DNA of 47,709 nucleotides from Trypethelium eluteriae (taxonomy: Eukaryota), in the NCBI GenBank assembly GCA_051942245.1, contig JAVECL010000127.1:1-47709 (forward strand). Direction: 5' to 3'. Shown piece by piece: positions 1 through 12,899 of this stretch (its first letter is position 1; each line of letters starts with the position of its first letter). Made by a program: the position numbers and the translations under genes. The notes under the pieces were generated by a model. It saw only the letters and a list, made by a program, of their open reading frames with translations. It did no database searches and was not told the origin of the DNA.

Positions 1-3000
1 CCTCCTCCTCCCTCCTCTTCAACCCCTCCCCGAGCTCGCGCTCCCTCCCCTTCACCTCCGCAATCTCCCTCTCCAGCTCCGCGATCCTCGCACTCCGCCG
101 CCCCGCATCCTTCATGCGCGCCTCCAGCAGCTCGATCTTCACCGCCTGCTCCTCGAGCGCGTGCTCCTGCTGCCGCACCTCCCGCGCCTTCGCTGCGTTC
201 TCCTCGCGCGCTCGCGCCAGCAGCGCCTCCGTGTCGACCGCTGTGAGCTTGGCGTCTTTAAGCGCCGCGGCGCGCAGGACCCAGGGGGGCTGGGCGCGAG
301 TGAATTCGGTGGTGAGGGTGAGGTCGGTGGCGGTGGTGGCGAGGTCGGTGAGGGCGTCGGTGGTGGAGCGTAGGCGGGTGGTGAGGGTGGAGAGGAGGCT
401 TGGTTCGGGGGTGGGTAGCGAGAAGAACGAGGTGGTTGTTGTAGACACGGTTTGCGCGATTTCGGTAGCGGTGAAAGGGGTGGTGCGGCCCTCTTCGCTG
501 AGCAGGGAATGGAGGGATGTGCCGAGGGAGCGAGTGTAGGCTGCGAGTTCACTGGCAGACTCTTCGGAGGCAGTGAAGGCGGGCTCCGTGTCTTCGTTTA
601 GGGTTAGACACCGGCTCTTTAGTTCTTCAAGGCTTCGAAGCGCTTTGCCGACAATGACTTTGGCACTCCTTGATGCAGAGATGAGGGTATCAGCTTTGGT
701 CGAAAAGAATTCGAGCTCGTTCGCCTCTTCCTCTGATGTATCTTCACTGTTTTGCACTTTGGCTTGAACCATAGCCTTGGTTTGAGCTAGTGCTGCAGCG
801 GTATTTTCAAGATGAGACTGGGTCATTAGCGTCCGCATGAGGATATCATCGGCATACGATTCCAGAGACGGCTGGAGGTGTATTTCTGCAAGGTGATCCA
901 TGACAGCCATTGAGCGTTGGAGCTCTTCGGCGACCTTCTGCTCTTTGAGTTCTTCTTTCTTCAGGCCTTCAACATAGCTGTTCAGAGCTCGCTCAACAGG
1001 CTCAAGCTCGTAAAGAGCGCCTTCGAATTTTGCGAAGTGTTCGATAGAACAACTCGATATGCTATTAGTAAACCTCTCGCACATGGCCGTGATCCAGGCC
1101 AGTTTATCCAGTATGTCACAGGCTGCAAATAAGTCATCCTCATGCCCGCTCTGAACTCGGCCGGATAGCTTCTCCTTTACAAAGCCATGAATAAGCTGCG
1201 CCTTGAAACCAATGCGTTTGAATCTGAGTAATGCAAGTACTGAATCGCGTTCTGTCTGGAAAGTCTCCGGTAAGAACAACTGCACGATTGCTAGGTGCTC
1301 GGCCGCCTCTTGTGCATCCAGCCTGCGCAATTCCAAATCTATTGTCTTGACCTGAGTCTTGGAAGCAGACATTTGCAGCTTCATATTAAGGTCCATCATA
1401 GCTTTCGACCTCTCATTTAGATCTGCGGCTTCGGATTCAGTAACCTGCCGCGCGGCTGTCATATCATCGATAGCGCTCTGTTGGCTCGACACAAGCTCAC
1501 GAAAGCGCGTCAGGGTATATTCGTAATCTTGCAATCTTTCATCTTGCTGGGCAGCTCTTCGATTGTGTTCAATCACCAAGCTCTCTTTGAAATCAATTTC
1601 TTCTTGCATTTGTTTTTCCGCCTCAACATGGTTGATCTCGAGCTCATCGTTGAGTTCCTTCAAACTTTCAAGATCTTCAATTTGAGTGTTGAGCTCATCC
1701 ATTCGCTCAGTCAAAGCTTGATTGCGTTCAGTTAGCTCTTCAATCATTTCCTCTGCCCCTAGTGCCGCTTCCAACTGCTGTCGTAGATCTTCAATGTCCG
1801 CTTCAGACTGTAGTAGCTTCTCTTTCGCAATTTCGTACACCTCCTTAGTCTCAGTGAGATCTCTGACGTCAGCTTCTAGGCCATGAATTTGATGTCTCAT
1901 TTCATCTTCGCGCTCTTGCGTTAGATCCCGCAGACGGAGAAGCGCTTCGCGAAGTCGCTCGTTCGTGCGCTCCAACTGTAGCCATCCCTGACTGGTCTTT
2001 TCCTCGGGACTCATTTCTTTACCAAGTTCCTGGTTTTCTTCTTGCAATATTTCTACCTCGAGTTGAAGCTCTTCCATCCTTTCTCGTACTGCTTGGAGTT
2101 CTGTCTTGTAGCCTTCTGCTGTTTCTTCAGCCATCTCGCGATCTAGCGTTGCCATTTCCATAATGGAGTCGTGCTCTGCCTGAGTCTTTTCCAACCCCTC
2201 GGTCTTTTCACTAGATTCTCTCAGCTGCTTTTTGAGATCAGCAATTTCCTGTTGTTGCGGCTGATATTTTGTCTGCAATTTCTGAATGATACTTTCAAAA
2301 CGGTCCCGCTCTTGCTGTATCCTATCCAAAGATTTGAGCTTCTCCCGGTCCTCTAGACGCTTTCGCTCCATCACCTTCAATTTCGCTTTCAGATCTTCAA
2401 CCTCCCGGTTGCTGGCTGTCACTGGCCTTGACTGGCGTGCTGATGACTGTGGTGAGGATGGTCTGCGGTTAGCCGAGGGTCGAGACGCCTTTGCCTGACC
2501 ATTCGGAGGAGCAGCAGAGCGCAGACGTTCGCCAATGGAGGACTCTTGTTGTAGACTTTCGGAAACAGGACTCTCCAGAGGTGGTGTAATATCCTCGCCA
2601 GGACTCAAAGCTTGGCCAATCGCATTCGACTCACCCGCATCTTGCTCGGTCTCTTTTGTTGGACTTGGACTTTGTTGGGCTGGGCCACGCTTCGGGGCCA
2701 GCGATGGCCGTCCTGCCACAGGTCTCTCTTGTGACCCTGTAGGTGTCTTTGCTGTCCTGCTAAAAGAAGAGCCGACACCCCCAACGGACGGTCTGACACT
2801 CCGGTTGGTCGTCGCTGTAGTGGTCGGTCCTGTGGATGTACGCTTGCTAGCGGGTGGGGCCATGCTCGGTCGAGATTTGGGGGCTATGGTCGAGGAAGGA
2901 CGGCCTCTTCCAGCGACTGGCGGTGTCGCTGTACGTGAACTTGGACCGCTCGAGGTAGTTGAGGCAGCAGGTTTGGTAGGAGACTTTGCAGGGGACTATT

Positions 3001-3476
3001 ACGTGTTAGAGAGCAAGGACAAAAGTCGAGGACAAAGAATTTACTCTAAGTCCACTTGATGCACTGATTCCTCTTGCTCCAGGCGTAGGACTTGCAATAT
3101 TCATACTCTGTCTCTTATTTCCAGGATCAATTGTGCTTAGTCTCTTGAGGCCATTGACAACTCCGCTACTAGGCCGTCCCTGAGCCGAGTGTCCAACCTG
3201 GCCATTAGCCCTTGCATTTGGCTTCGCCGGGGCTTTTGACTGTTGCTGTTCCACAATTCGAGCAATGCCGGCTTCGCGTAGAAACATGCCATGTGCCGTA
3301 TCGCAATCAAAGTATCGTTCGCCTTGTACGGAGCCGTCATTCTTTCCTGATGCATCATCAAGCTCAACGCCTACCCAATCTCCAGCGGCAAAATGCGTCG
3401 TGCCGAGGAAACGAATGATCGCTTGGCGGCCATCTTTGAGCTCGATTGTTTGGCCAACGTGTAAGGAGTCCGTCAT
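1..3476 (-). CDS. NIP100: Dynactin p150Glued subunit (NIP100/ro-3/nudM homolog); 3' end runs off the window start
   Basis: N-terminal CAP-Gly domain (FAAGDWVGVELDDASGKNDGSVQGERYF), then a basic Ser/Pro/Thr-rich linker and a long coiled coil. Intron 2996-3044 (GTAAAT...CTAAC...TAG). The frame is still open at base 1 (…RELGEGLKRREEE). Confidence 0.93.
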
Positions 3477-4423
3477 GGTGGTGAACGCACGGTGTTGGAT
3501 GAAAGCAGAGGGGACCCGGCAGTCGGCAGAGACCTACAGACGTGTAGAAACATTGCCCTCGAGTTGGACTGCAGATGAGGTATCGCAAGGCGACGCGTTG
3601 TGTCGCCGTAGGTGTTGAGGCGCGTGACGCGGTCCAGTCGGTGATGTACGGAGTACGATATTTGTAGCTCAACCTCCACCTCCATTCTCACAAAAATCCC
3701 GACTCTACGTGAGCGACTCTACAGCAACATCAATGTTCTCCGCGAGCAAATATCTATTTTCTACAACAGTAACATTAAACCTGTGGCTTTTCTATATTCT
3801 ATAGCCTTCTTCATTTTCCAAAGTCCACGTGGAGTTCAGTGACTTGTCTCTGGATTTCTTGAGTGCATTAGGAGTAGAACTGTCAGCGGAGCTTGGGGCA
3901 TATCTCTATATGAACTCACCCTACAAGACTGTATTGACAATCTTACTGCAAGTAATTGGCGCAACCAATCGCGAGGAGAAAGTGCTTTATAAGCTCTTGA
4001 GTCGCATTCGTAGTGATACAGCAAAGTCATTAGGGCACCGCCAAACAGTGGCGTACCAACGAGCGCAAGATCTATGCCTGGCTAGTGAAATATGTGAAAC
4101 AATATTTCCGTTAAAGGGGAGAAGGACTTGACCTGAGCGGACAATCTCTATGACACTCTCCGCCAATGTTGTCGTGAATCACACTCGTGGATGCGAGCGG
4201 CTTGAGGGTTTCTATCTGGACCCGAAGGACTCAAAAATTGTTTTAAAACGGGAAGCAAATGATGTAGGTGCCTTACAATAAATCCCTAAGTATCAAATTC
4301 ATAACTACTTGCTGTTTCGTGGAGCTAACATTGAACATGGACAGGTGCTAAGCCAATATTCACATAGAGTACGAGGTATACGATACCGATACACTCATAT
4401 ACTCCGTATTTCCAATGGGCCAT

Positions 4424-5746
4424 TTAGTCCTGAGTGACGTTCCTCAACACCCAGAGCTGACGCTCCCACTGTTCCTGCACTACTGGCCAGATGCGGTCTG
4501 CTGGCAGAACAAAACCCCCTTCATCATCAGTCAAAGGGTCAAGCTCGAGTGTCCAACTGTGATTAGCATTGTATATGCCATAGTGGTGGTCGCGGCCGTT
4601 ACCAGAAGAGTAATATTCAATATCACACCCGGTTCCGAACGTGTAATTGGTACCATTATACGCATTGACGATCGCTGCAAGGCCGCCAGCCACTTCGAGC
4701 ATTCGTGGCAACGTCGCGGGCTGCTCTGATGGATCGCAGGTCCAGCCGAATGGCGTCAGGATCTTTTCACCGTAGCTATGCAGATCGACATAGGACCTAA
4801 TTCCCGCCGGACGCGCACCAAGAATGTCGGATAGAGCCGAGACCGCCTGATTTTCAGGAGTATCGCCTGCGGACGCGCCTTGAAAGGTATCGGAACAGGG
4901 GTCTGGTGATGCGCCTGGATTCGATGCCCACTTGTACTTCCAGTTGCGATTGAGGTAGGTGCCAACGCACGTGGAGTTACTGCGTGGCTGACGGTTCTTA
5001 CGCCACTGCCGATCGGTGGTTTGCGTGTACACGAAGCCATCTGGGTTGTGAAACGGCACTAGAAAGAAGTCATAGTTATCGAAGAAGTAGGTAACGTTGG
5101 CATCCCCCCGCTGATAGCCATCCACCAGCTGGTACGCGAAGTACTCGTGGACCATTGTAGTAATCCACTCTCGTGCATGGACGGTCAAGTGCCAAAGAAC
5201 TACAGGCTTGTCTCTTGCATCACCCTTACCACCGAAGTAGTGATACGCATAGATAGAGCGACCCTCGTACGACAGGCCAAGGTCAAACTTCTCCGAGTTC
5301 TTTGGAAAGGCATCGGTCAGATCATCCCAGTACTGCAGGTGGTCCGTGTAATTGTGGTAGGTATCAAACCAGGAGAGGTCTGGAAGTTGATCAGCTCGCT
5401 AGTGGACCGTTCTTGTATAGGTCGGGCTCTTATTCTCCTCGCGAATCTGCCGACCAAGATCGATGTTCAGCAACCGTGCCTCGAGCCCCAGTGCATTGAA
5501 ACCTCGGACTTCCTGTGGTGGGATTGCCACATCAACCGTGCTGCGTCTCTGAACTGTAGGGTATCGCGCGAAACGCTTCTCCAACTCATGCGCTTCATGA
5601 ACATCGGCAGCTCTCACACTGTAGACATGGTAGCCATCATAGTTTACTTTTGGATCGCTTGATCTTAGGTCTGCAGGAGAGGGGTGTGAAGTCAGAGAGG
5701 CAGCTGCTAGTGGAACCAAGGTTGCGAAGATGTTATTTCCCTTCAT
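4424..5746 (-). pseudogene. Secreted M14A zinc carboxypeptidase (pre-pro form) interrupted by a single in-frame TAG
   Basis: Signal peptide plus prodomain (5746-5402) and catalytic domain (HAREW, WRKNR, NRNW, DLHSYG, TLEL) are in one frame of 1323 nt. TAG at 5399-5401 in ...TVH*RADQLPDLSWFDTYH, with no intron signals seen around it. Confidence 0.8.
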
Positions 5747-7016
5747 ATCGTCCGATAGAGGTGGATGAACAGGAACTCTGATACCTTACCGTTCTTCTAG
5801 GTGGGGAAATCTAAGTCAGACAGTTATACATACGCGCCATCTTTGTCCATCCGTGCAGCGAATGCGTCTATGACGGTAAAATGGGGTTTCTCAGCACGCC
5901 ATCAATGGCAGATAGCACGTTCGGCTACGAGATGGAAGACTAGGCGAACGGTCCATACAACTTAGCTAGCATCGTAGCAGAGGAACATTGATTCCAAAGC
6001 TGCAGAATGTCAATTAGGAAGCTCGAAGTCGGCTTCAGCGTGCGATCTTTAGTGAGGCTAGAGGTACAGGGGCGCGCTTGCGTGCTTGTGGCCTTACGTT
6101 TAATCAGATCGTACATATACGATAATGCATTCCACCCTGTAGATTCAATGGTTGAGTTTTAAGACTTTGATGATCGACACTGAGCAGGAGAAAAAAATCG
6201 TGGAACCCACAGACGGAACAAATATCTATTCAAATCAAAATGAAGGCCGTCGTAATCGTTGCTTAGTCCTAATTTGCACGCATTCTGGAAGTCACAGTCC
6301 AGAACAATCTTTGCAACATCCGGAGCAGACCTTGTGCCCTTCCGGCGACTTTGGGCGCTAACTTGGGCCCGGCTCTTGGCACAGCGGTACAATGATCTCA
6401 CAGAAGCCCATCATGAACTACCATTTCGGCAGTGAATTGACCGGGTCTCTGTGTTGGATTGTTAAACAGCTGGCAAATGAGCCATGACTGAATCTGACTT
6501 AAGTGGTATCGTTTCGATCTAACGGTGTGAGCCACTTTGACTCTGTATCGTGAGCCTAGGAACGTTATCTGGCTTTGAATTGAAAGTGAGAAAGACAAAA
6601 ACATATTGCCGATGTAAGGTGAATCCCCTAGTACTATGTGAAGACAGCAAGCAGCGGGTGCTGCGTTTTCTTAAAATACGTTGACAGGGGCTTAAGCCGC
6701 AAGGATAGATATTCTGGAAGCAGTTCAGCGGTTCAGATTATCACTATGCTCAGTACCTGGACGAGGAATATAAATGTCAGGAGACATCCTGATGCCTGGT
6801 TGAGGCTCTGGGCAAAAGAGAGGTAGATGTAGAGTGACGGCGATGAGGTCAAAAGGAATGATGTGGGGGAGCGGGCGAAGCCGAGGAGCCCTGGAGCCGA
6901 CAGCCCTACCAAAGGGTTTATTGTCACATGCGATCAACACCTCAGAACTGGCAGATCTTCTCGTCCTCTGCGGCCATGTGGAAACACAATTGCTGCGCTT
7001 GGGCTTGAGCACCATC

Positions 7017-9266
7017 ATGGCCGCTCAGTCTAAGTTCCTAGCCGCCCTTCCAACGTCTGAAAGATCCATTAAAGGTCTCATCGATGAGCTCGCTGCACTC
7101 TACTTACAGCACAGAACAAGAATATCACGCGCCGTCTACCTCACGCTTTTCGTTACCCTCCTCAATCGAATAAGAACTGCAATCAACGAACAAAAGGCAG
7201 CTTCGCGTCGGCAATCTGAAGCCCGCCAACACCCAGCGACTGGCTCTGCTGAGGGGGAATCTACTTCGAGAAAGCGGGTTGAAATAAATCGAGAGTTCTT
7301 CAAGAATCTATTTCGACTGCTGAAAATCGTCATTCCAGGATGGAAGAGCAAGGAATTGAGACTACTTATAGGCCACAGTATCTTTCTCGTAATTCGTACG
7401 CTAATCAGTCTTTACGTGGCCGAACTCGATGGACGGCTCGTGAGCAATCTGGTGCGCGGGAAAGGCAGGGACTTCCTGATAGGTCTCGTATGGTGGATGA
7501 TTGTCGCTATACCTGCGACATTCACCAATTCCATGGTTTGTCTCGACTGGGTACCTGTGTCCGTATGCGTTGCTAACACACTGGAATCAGCTCTCTTTCC
7601 ATCAATGCAAGCTCTCTCTACAATATCGCACGCGCCTCACCAACTACATACATAGCCGTTATCTTGGAAATATGACCTTCTATACTCTCTCTGCATTGGA
7701 TGACCGGATAAAGAATGCGGACCAGCTCATCACAGTTGATGTCGCAAAATTCTCAAACAGTCTAGCAGAGCTTTACTCTAATATCGCGAAACCTGTTTTG
7801 GATATGATAATATATAACTATTCACTATCAAGAAGCGTGGGAGGTGAGGGCTTGTTTTTCATGAGTCTGCTGGTCCAGCTCTCAGCAAATGTCATGCGAG
7901 CTCTAACGCCACCGTTCGGAAAATATGTCGCGGATGAGGCTCGATTGGAGGGAGAATTCCGTTTCTCTCATTCAAGACTCATTGACTACAGCGAAGAAGT
8001 CGCACTTTATCACGGCCATGAAGCTGAAAAGGACACGCTCGACAAAGGCTACTTTACACTCATCAAGCACATCAACCGTATTCTGAGGAGAAGATTCTAC
8101 CACGGGTTCATGGAAGATTTCGTCATCAAATACTTCTGGGGTGCTCTGGGCCTCCTTCTCTGCAGCGTCCCCGTCTTCTTCAAAGTCGCCGGCGCCAAGG
8201 GCACCAGCATGGGCGACAGGACAGAGAGTGAGCCCCCCCTCTCCCATCCTCTCCCCACTCCTTCACTGACTTCACCACCAAAGACTTCGTCACGAACAGA
8301 CGCATGCTCCTGATGTCGTCCGACGCCTTCGGCCGCGTCATGTTCTCCTACAAAGAAATCACCGAGCTCGCCGGCTACACGGCGCGGGTATCGAGCCTCC
8401 TCGACGTGCTCGCCGACATCTCCGCCGGCCACTTCGAGAAGAAGCTGGTGTCGTCGGCCTCGACCGCAAGCCACGCCGCCGTGCTCTCCAGCCGCGGCCG
8501 CGTCGTCGAAAGCGACGGCGCCATCGCCTTCCGCCGCGTGCCCATCGTCTCGCCCAACGGCGACGTGCTGGTGCGCGAGCTCAGCTTCACCGTCGCGCCC
8601 GGCGCGCACCTCCTCATCGTCGGGCCCAACGGCTGCGGCAAGTCGTCGCTGTTTCGCATCCTGGGCGGGCTGTGGCCGGTGTATGGCGGCGAGGTCTGCA
8701 AGCCGCCGTTTGAGGACATCTTTTATCTGCCCCAGCGGCCGTATCTGTCGCGGGGGTCGCTGCGCCAGCAGATCATTTACCCGGATGGCGTGCGCGAGAT
8801 GCGCGATAAGGGGGTCACGGATGGGGACCTGTATAGGATTTTGGCGGTGGTGGAGATCGAGGGCATTGTCGATCGGTATCCGGAAGGATGGGATGCCGAG
8901 CAGGAGTGGACGGATGCGCTATCAGGTGGTTTGCAGCAGCGAGTGGCCATGGCGAGACTGTTTTATCACGCGCCCAAGTACGCCATTTTGGACGAGTGCA
9001 CGAGTAGCGTGACGCTGGAGATCGAGAGGGTCATGTATGATGAGGCGAAGAGATTGGGCATCACCCTTATGACGGTCAGTCATAGGAGGAGCCTGTGGAA
9101 GTATCATACGAACATTTTGCAGTTTGACGGGCAGGGGGATTACATTTTTACTAAACTGGATGCGGAAAGGCGACTGCTATTAGAGGATGAGAAGGAAGAG
9201 TTGGAGTTGCAGCTGCGGGCTGTTCCGGAGTTGGAGAAGAGGGTGGCCGAGTTGACGGCTTCCTAA
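7017..9266 (+). CDS. PXA2: Peroxisomal ABC half-transporter (ABCD family, long-chain fatty acid import)
   Basis: MAAQSK start, ABC membrane domain with EAA-like region ([23 protein letters not shown]), Walker [13 protein letters not shown] signature, Walker B AILDE. Introns 7536-7590 and 8228-8283. PXA2 versus PXA1 assigned from recalled N-terminal similarity. Confidence 0.9.
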
Positions 9267-10111
9267 GGAGGTATATGTGGCCGAATATGCATATACGCAT
9301 TGCAGGGGGTGTCTGCAGCATAGCCGCATTTTGGTCGCACGACATAGAAGGAGGATTGGCTTGCATGGACCGGAGGCACATATTCTTTGACTTAATCCGA
9401 TCCAACTTGCTTCTGTCGATATTTGGACATGTTTTGGTTTCACGTCTCATAACCCGGACCTTTGTTTGGAAACTTGTCTGCAAAGTGGCGAGACTGGTGG
9501 CGCCTCCAGCGCATAGAGTGTTTTATATATCCTAGAATCCAAATTAAGCTTTTTCGGAATTCGGCTCATCTCCAGACTTTGAATAAGGTAGGGTTCACTG
9601 TTATGCCTCGTGCCTTCGTTTGATTGCAGGGTGGTTGGTTTTCCTTGCACAATAATGCAACCAATCATCACCCGACCATGGGCAAAGGTTATTTGGACGT
9701 ACATGCGAGTTGACGTAGAAGTAGGTCAGGGTGACTTTCAACATGGATATGTACGCGAACGTCCCAGCCGAATGGATTGTATAAGTTGAGCTTGTTCAAT
9801 ACAAGCAGTAATACGACGACTTTATGTCAAGGCCCATATGTCAAATGGCCTCGGGTATGAAGCGTGTGCATGTCCTACGGCTCTAATTGCAAATCCTTGA
9901 TGAAAGCAGACTTCACAATATTCATCGACCTCGCGGAGGCTTTTCTCGATCCCTTCCAATGTGCTTGGACGGGGCTATGGAAAATACAAATCCGAAATGA
10001 AACATGCAGAGTGGAATGTACACATGGCAAAAACGCTGATGCTGTGAGTTAAATGTTTATACAAGTCGTCGTACAGTTCGAGAAGGTGCACAGAGGCTGG
10101 GTTCGTCAAGA

Positions 10112-10977
10112 CTAAGAATTCTTTACCACGCCAACTTTTGGAGCCTACATGCACGGTTAGCAAAGGTTCCGTTGAGAACGTCTTTGGCTTGAAATACCCT
10201 GATTACACGTCCATTTAGTGCCCAACCCTTCTGCTGCGTGTGGAAGACAGTGCCATCCTCCTTGTCAGGCTGTGGGACCTGGAATGTCGCCTCATGTCTG
10301 TTAGGATCAAACTTCTCCTTCGTATCCGATGGATCGAATCGCTCAAGGCCGTGCTTCTTCAGCGTCTGCATGAGTATCGTGTCTGTCATTTTCAGTCCCG
10401 AACGCAAGTTGACGAGGTCTTTGTTATCCGCATCGATTTTGTCCTCGGGCACCGTTAAGAGGGCTCGGTCCAGGTTGTCAACCGAATCGATTAGGTCTTT
10501 CGCGAAACGTTGCAAGGCAAAGTCTTTTGCGGCTTGTACCTCGCGCTTAGTACGTTCTTGAAGATTACGGAATTCAGCCACCTGGCGAAGGTAGCGATCC
10601 TATGAACTTGTGTTAGGCATTGCTGAAGCACGATGATTTCGGCAGTTCACACTGACCTTTAAATCAATGATCTCCCTGTTTTTCTTCTCAAGCTCTTCTG
10701 CCTTGGGATCTTCCTGTACTTGAGCTTGTTCCTGGGCCACTGCATCCTCCGCAGCTGACGCGCCGCCTTCGGATGTAGGTTGCGATGCGCTATCTTGCGC
10801 CGTGCTTGTGTTTTGCTCTGCTGATGCAGAATGCCATCTTGAAGCTATCCATGACCGTTGTGGCGAGGTAAAGGATGACCGGTAGAACGGATGTCTTGAG
10901 AGCCGCTGCGGCGCGGCATGCCTTCTTAAAGTTGCATGGATGGACGTTGATTGATTTAATACAGTCCTTCGTATCAT
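10112..10977 (-). CDS. MGE1: Mitochondrial GrpE nucleotide exchange factor
   Basis: Arg/Ser-rich presequence, DRYLRQVAEFRNLQERT, KFDPNRHEA, GWALNGRVIRAPKVGVVKNS*. Introns 10600-10656 and 10145-10197. Confidence 0.95.
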
Positions 10978-12899
10978 GGCGAGATTGATGTGAGGATGGG
11001 AAGAAGTTGACGCAGGTGTTAAAGATTGGACTCGAGAAATTTTGAGATGAAGTCGACCGTTTTGCGCTAGCGCCTAGAGCAATGCCGACCTCCGATGGCA
11101 TCAGTGGTCAAAAAATGACTACCCACTATCGGGTTGATACTGTCAGTGATGCATCCCTAAGATCTGATACTTAGACTTGAATTGTTGCTTCATCCTGTCA
11201 ATCAAGCAAGTTTACTGCATTTTCTCCTGTCGCTTTTAGCTGCTAAGTAGCTTTTACTGTTGTTATCAAAGACTCTGGGTTCTTGTTCTTCTCTTTCCAG
11301 ACTTGCGCAAGATCTCATCCCTTGATCAAGTCTACCAATACTTCTCGACTCGAATACAGTATCCGAAATCCGCTGTTGGATGAGAAATATCGGGCCGTGC
11401 ATAGTTGATGCTTTTTCCCAAACGTTTTCCATTCTGCAGCTATGTTCTTGCTTGGAACTAGTCCTGCAGGGGACGCAATGAAAAGCAATCATGCACCAAA
11501 AAACAGCAACTTTTGCCCGCTCCGGATGTCTACGGGTCAGGATGTGGGAAGACTCAGATCGAAACTGTTTTCCCACGATGTTGTTCTTGCGCCTGTACAT
11601 CTGTCTTGCGCTTGTACATCTGAGAATCTCTCGAACTTTGCCGCCCCCCCTTACACCTAATTCGGCTATAATGTAAGTTTCCCCCGCATATGGTGTCCTT
11701 GTCGTTCATGCAACTACTGCACACCGTCATTTTGTAGGCCAAAAGTGTTTGGACCATCCTGGCTTTTGTATTGGGCAAGAGTCCTTAACACCGCTTTTAT
11801 ACCCAACGCAGCGAATTTGGCCGATCCTTTCATATGATAGCTCAGCTCTCGTTATTACCAATGCTTCATGAAGAGGCGGTCTTACGATCCTTGAAATCCA
11901 GGAATCCGGCGAAGTGGAAAGGGTCTTTGGCTAAGGATCCACATTAAGACTTGCCAGTTATGCGTGGTTGCGGTGTCAGGTCCCTGGCTGATTCACTCCA
12001 GCTTCCACTAGGACAACCGCACGACATAGTTGCAGAGTATCGAATCCATGCTTTTACGTGCATCGCAAACCACTATTGCCACGCATTGCAACAATTCAAG
12101 CCGGGAGAACCGAGAAGGCGACGGTCCTTGCATGAAAGCACTGCCAAGCGCAAACGCCGCTACGGGCAGCCTATTCTTATCGGTGCCTGCTCAATCATCG
12201 TTGAGTTTGCGAAATTTCTGAAGGTGACCGTTACTCTTCGACGAGGAGACCCTGCCCAAAACACCTCTAGTCTACTATCTCTGTCCTGAAAGAATTTGTG
12301 AACACGAACTGTAGTACGGAGTAGTGTGGATGTGGGGCCCAACTATTGTCATCCTTCGTCAGCTCCTATCCATGCAATACCACTATCTCGGTAATAAGAG
12401 GACATTCATTCATTCAGCAGAAATCAATCACGTCCTCCTTCAGCTTTAGAGTGCACTCGGTATGGTGTCTCAACGGTGAGTGGGCTACAAGTCGAGTCTT
12501 ACAAGGAGAGTTGGGGTCACTGTGGAGTATAACAGAGATTGGATTTGCAGTTGAGGCGGAACGACCGCTTCTACTTGCCTGTCGATGCGATGTTACCAAG
12601 GATGTCGGTGAAAGGGCGCCCACAGCTGCGCACCATGCCCAATGATGCAGGCACGGCAGGATTAGAGGATGACTGCAGCGGGCGGCAATGGCCCGAATCT
12701 TATCACAATCACAATTGATGAGATCTCTGCTCTGCTTTCGCACACGAAACGCATTCATGAATCAGTTCATGCATGCGACAGGATTCGACTCCACCATTGC
12801 GCTCCCATCACAATTTTCCAGATCTGCGCCTCGACCGCTCGATAGGGCCAGTATCAGGTCACCCTCTAGTTTTTTTTAAAAGAGAAATAGAGTTTCAAG

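Noticed and set aside
3829..4131. 100-codon ORF between dynactin and the carboxypeptidase
   Set aside because: GTG start, no motif and no splice support, so it cannot be distinguished from chance.
5399..5401. TAG reassignment (alternative genetic code or pyrrolysine)
   Set aside because: MGE1, RPB3, DIC1 and RPS8 end in TAG at their expected C-termini, so TAG is a normal stop in this genome.
6834..7016. N-terminal extension of PXA2 in the ORF track
   Set aside because: The track starts at a GTG. The MAAQSK ATG at 7017 has a good context (ACCATCATGG) and matches the expected family start.
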